Source: Antedon mediterranea
Taxonomy: Eukaryota; Animalia; Echinodermata
Assembly (NCBI RefSeq): GCF_964355755.1
Contig: NC_092671.1
Span: forward strand, 2,480,001-2,544,000
Direction: 5' to 3'
DNA: 64,000 bases
Shown here: piece by piece, positions 62,874-64,000 of the stretch
Position numbering within the stretch: the stretch's first letter is position 1
How the letters are laid out: each line of letters starts with the position of its first letter
Translations under genes and position numbers: made by a program
Notes under the pieces: model-generated
Databases searched by the model: none
Told to the model about the DNA's origin: nothing
The model's input: only the letters and a program-made list of their open reading frames with translations

Positions 62874-63271
62874 GTAATTATAAATACAATATTACAATTT
62901 TATTAAGCATTCCACTAAGTTTAAAGCCTCATTCATTCATTACTCCACCCATTATTTAAAATAATCAGTTATTTCATCAATAAGGTTTGTAATTGGTCAA
63001 ACATCTCTTCTTACAGTGCTTTCATAGCCCAACAAGTATCCTCTTAGTAGGGATGTCTCCTAATTAGGGATATGGCCTTTCCTTGTTCGTTTCATAGTAA
63101 AATGTCCCCTTAATAGGGATGTCCATTTAAGAGGAGTGTTCTCTGAATAGAGGTGTCCCAAAAAAGGGTTTCTTCTTTACTAATTACAGCCCCTAAAGTA
63201 TTATACTAATGACAAAAAATTCAATAATATGTATTTTTTATGGATGTTAATCTATTTTTGTAAATTTTTAG

Positions 63272-63328
63272 GAAATGAAAATGAAGAACCCGATGAAACC
63301 ACTCCAACCATGGAAACATGTTCTGATG
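63272..63328 (+). CDS. Nested gene exon: acidic/Thr-rich linker
   Basis: tttttag acceptor; NENEEPDETTPTMETCSD; G/gtaatt; phase 1-1. Confidence 0.65.
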
Positions 63329-63390
63329 GTAATTACAAATTTTTTTTTTTTGGTTGATGTAATCAGCTTGCTTTCAATACATATATTCAT

Positions 63391-64000
63391 ATTTTCAGTG
63401 GAAAATCTGTTTTTATGTGTTTCTGTTTCATACTGGTAGCAGGTAGGTTTTTTACACTTTACTGGCCAAGTAAGAAGTTTTTAAAAAGTTATGATTATAT
63501 TAGGCCAGGAACACTGTACACTTATAATTGAAAAATTGGAAATCTGCTCAGGATAGATACAGATTTTACGTGGGACAAGTTTTGCACTCGCCTATGCAAA
63601 TTGGCCTTGACAATAAGGAAAACGTACATGGTATACATGTTTTAATACACTAACCGTTTAAATGAAACAATTAAATAATATGATTTTCAATATTTATCCA
63701 AGCAGATTAAGGTCTACATGCCTTTAAATATAGATATATATATATATACAAATTAGACAGGCATAGGAAAATCAAAATTGCACAGTAATATACTAAAAAT
63801 TAATGTTTATAAATATTGTTGAGAAACTAGAAAACTTATAGTGTGTTGGTATATATTACATAGGCTAATTTTCCTCTTGTGACCTAAAGTCGGCTATGCT
63901 TTGAAGTCCAGAATGATACAGAACATTTTTGAAAATGAGAAAAAGGCGTCCCAATCGAGATTCAAACCAAGAACCCTCTGCAAACTTTTCTGAGTAACTA
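63391..64000 (+). repeat. Near-identical tandem duplicate of 61279-62554 (lacking two inserts); runs off the window end
   Basis: Base-by-base match from ATTTTCAGTGGAAAATC to TTTTCTGAGTAACTA. Confidence 0.95.

Overview
AT-rich, intron-rich animal genomic DNA, probably from an invertebrate (a deuterostome is plausible but unproven). Most of the window is one minus-strand tensin gene. I traced 27 coding exons by hand with GT-AG borders and consistent phase, from 57190 down to the TGA at 354-356 (about 2470 codons). Domain order is: C-terminal half of C1, PTEN-like phosphatase, C2, a very long low-complexity middle, SH2, PTB. The first C1 exon(s) were not found and probably lie beyond position 64000. 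In that upstream intron, on the plus strand, is a nested gene (signal peptide + Ig-like domain + short linker) whose signal-exon/intron module is tandemly duplicated. Introns carry SINEs, L2/CR1-type LINE ends, hAT-, Harbinger-, Kolobok- and Helentron-type non-autonomous elements, and minisatellites. Highlights: (1) a 41-bp minisatellite that has amplified a real tensin exon/intron junction into 18 tandem pyrimidine-CAG|GTAAGA sites, resembling recursive-splice sites, each with an in-frame stop consequence; (2) an intact minimal type I hammerhead ribozyme in a 165-bp insert, sense to the tensin pre-mRNA; (3) the nested duplicated Ig gene with micro-exon-like cassettes upstream; (4) an Arg-to-Pro change in the phosphatase P-loop, plus extra PP1-type RVxF motifs next to a Thr-Pro repeat. 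All calls were made by eye; no searches or expression data were used.
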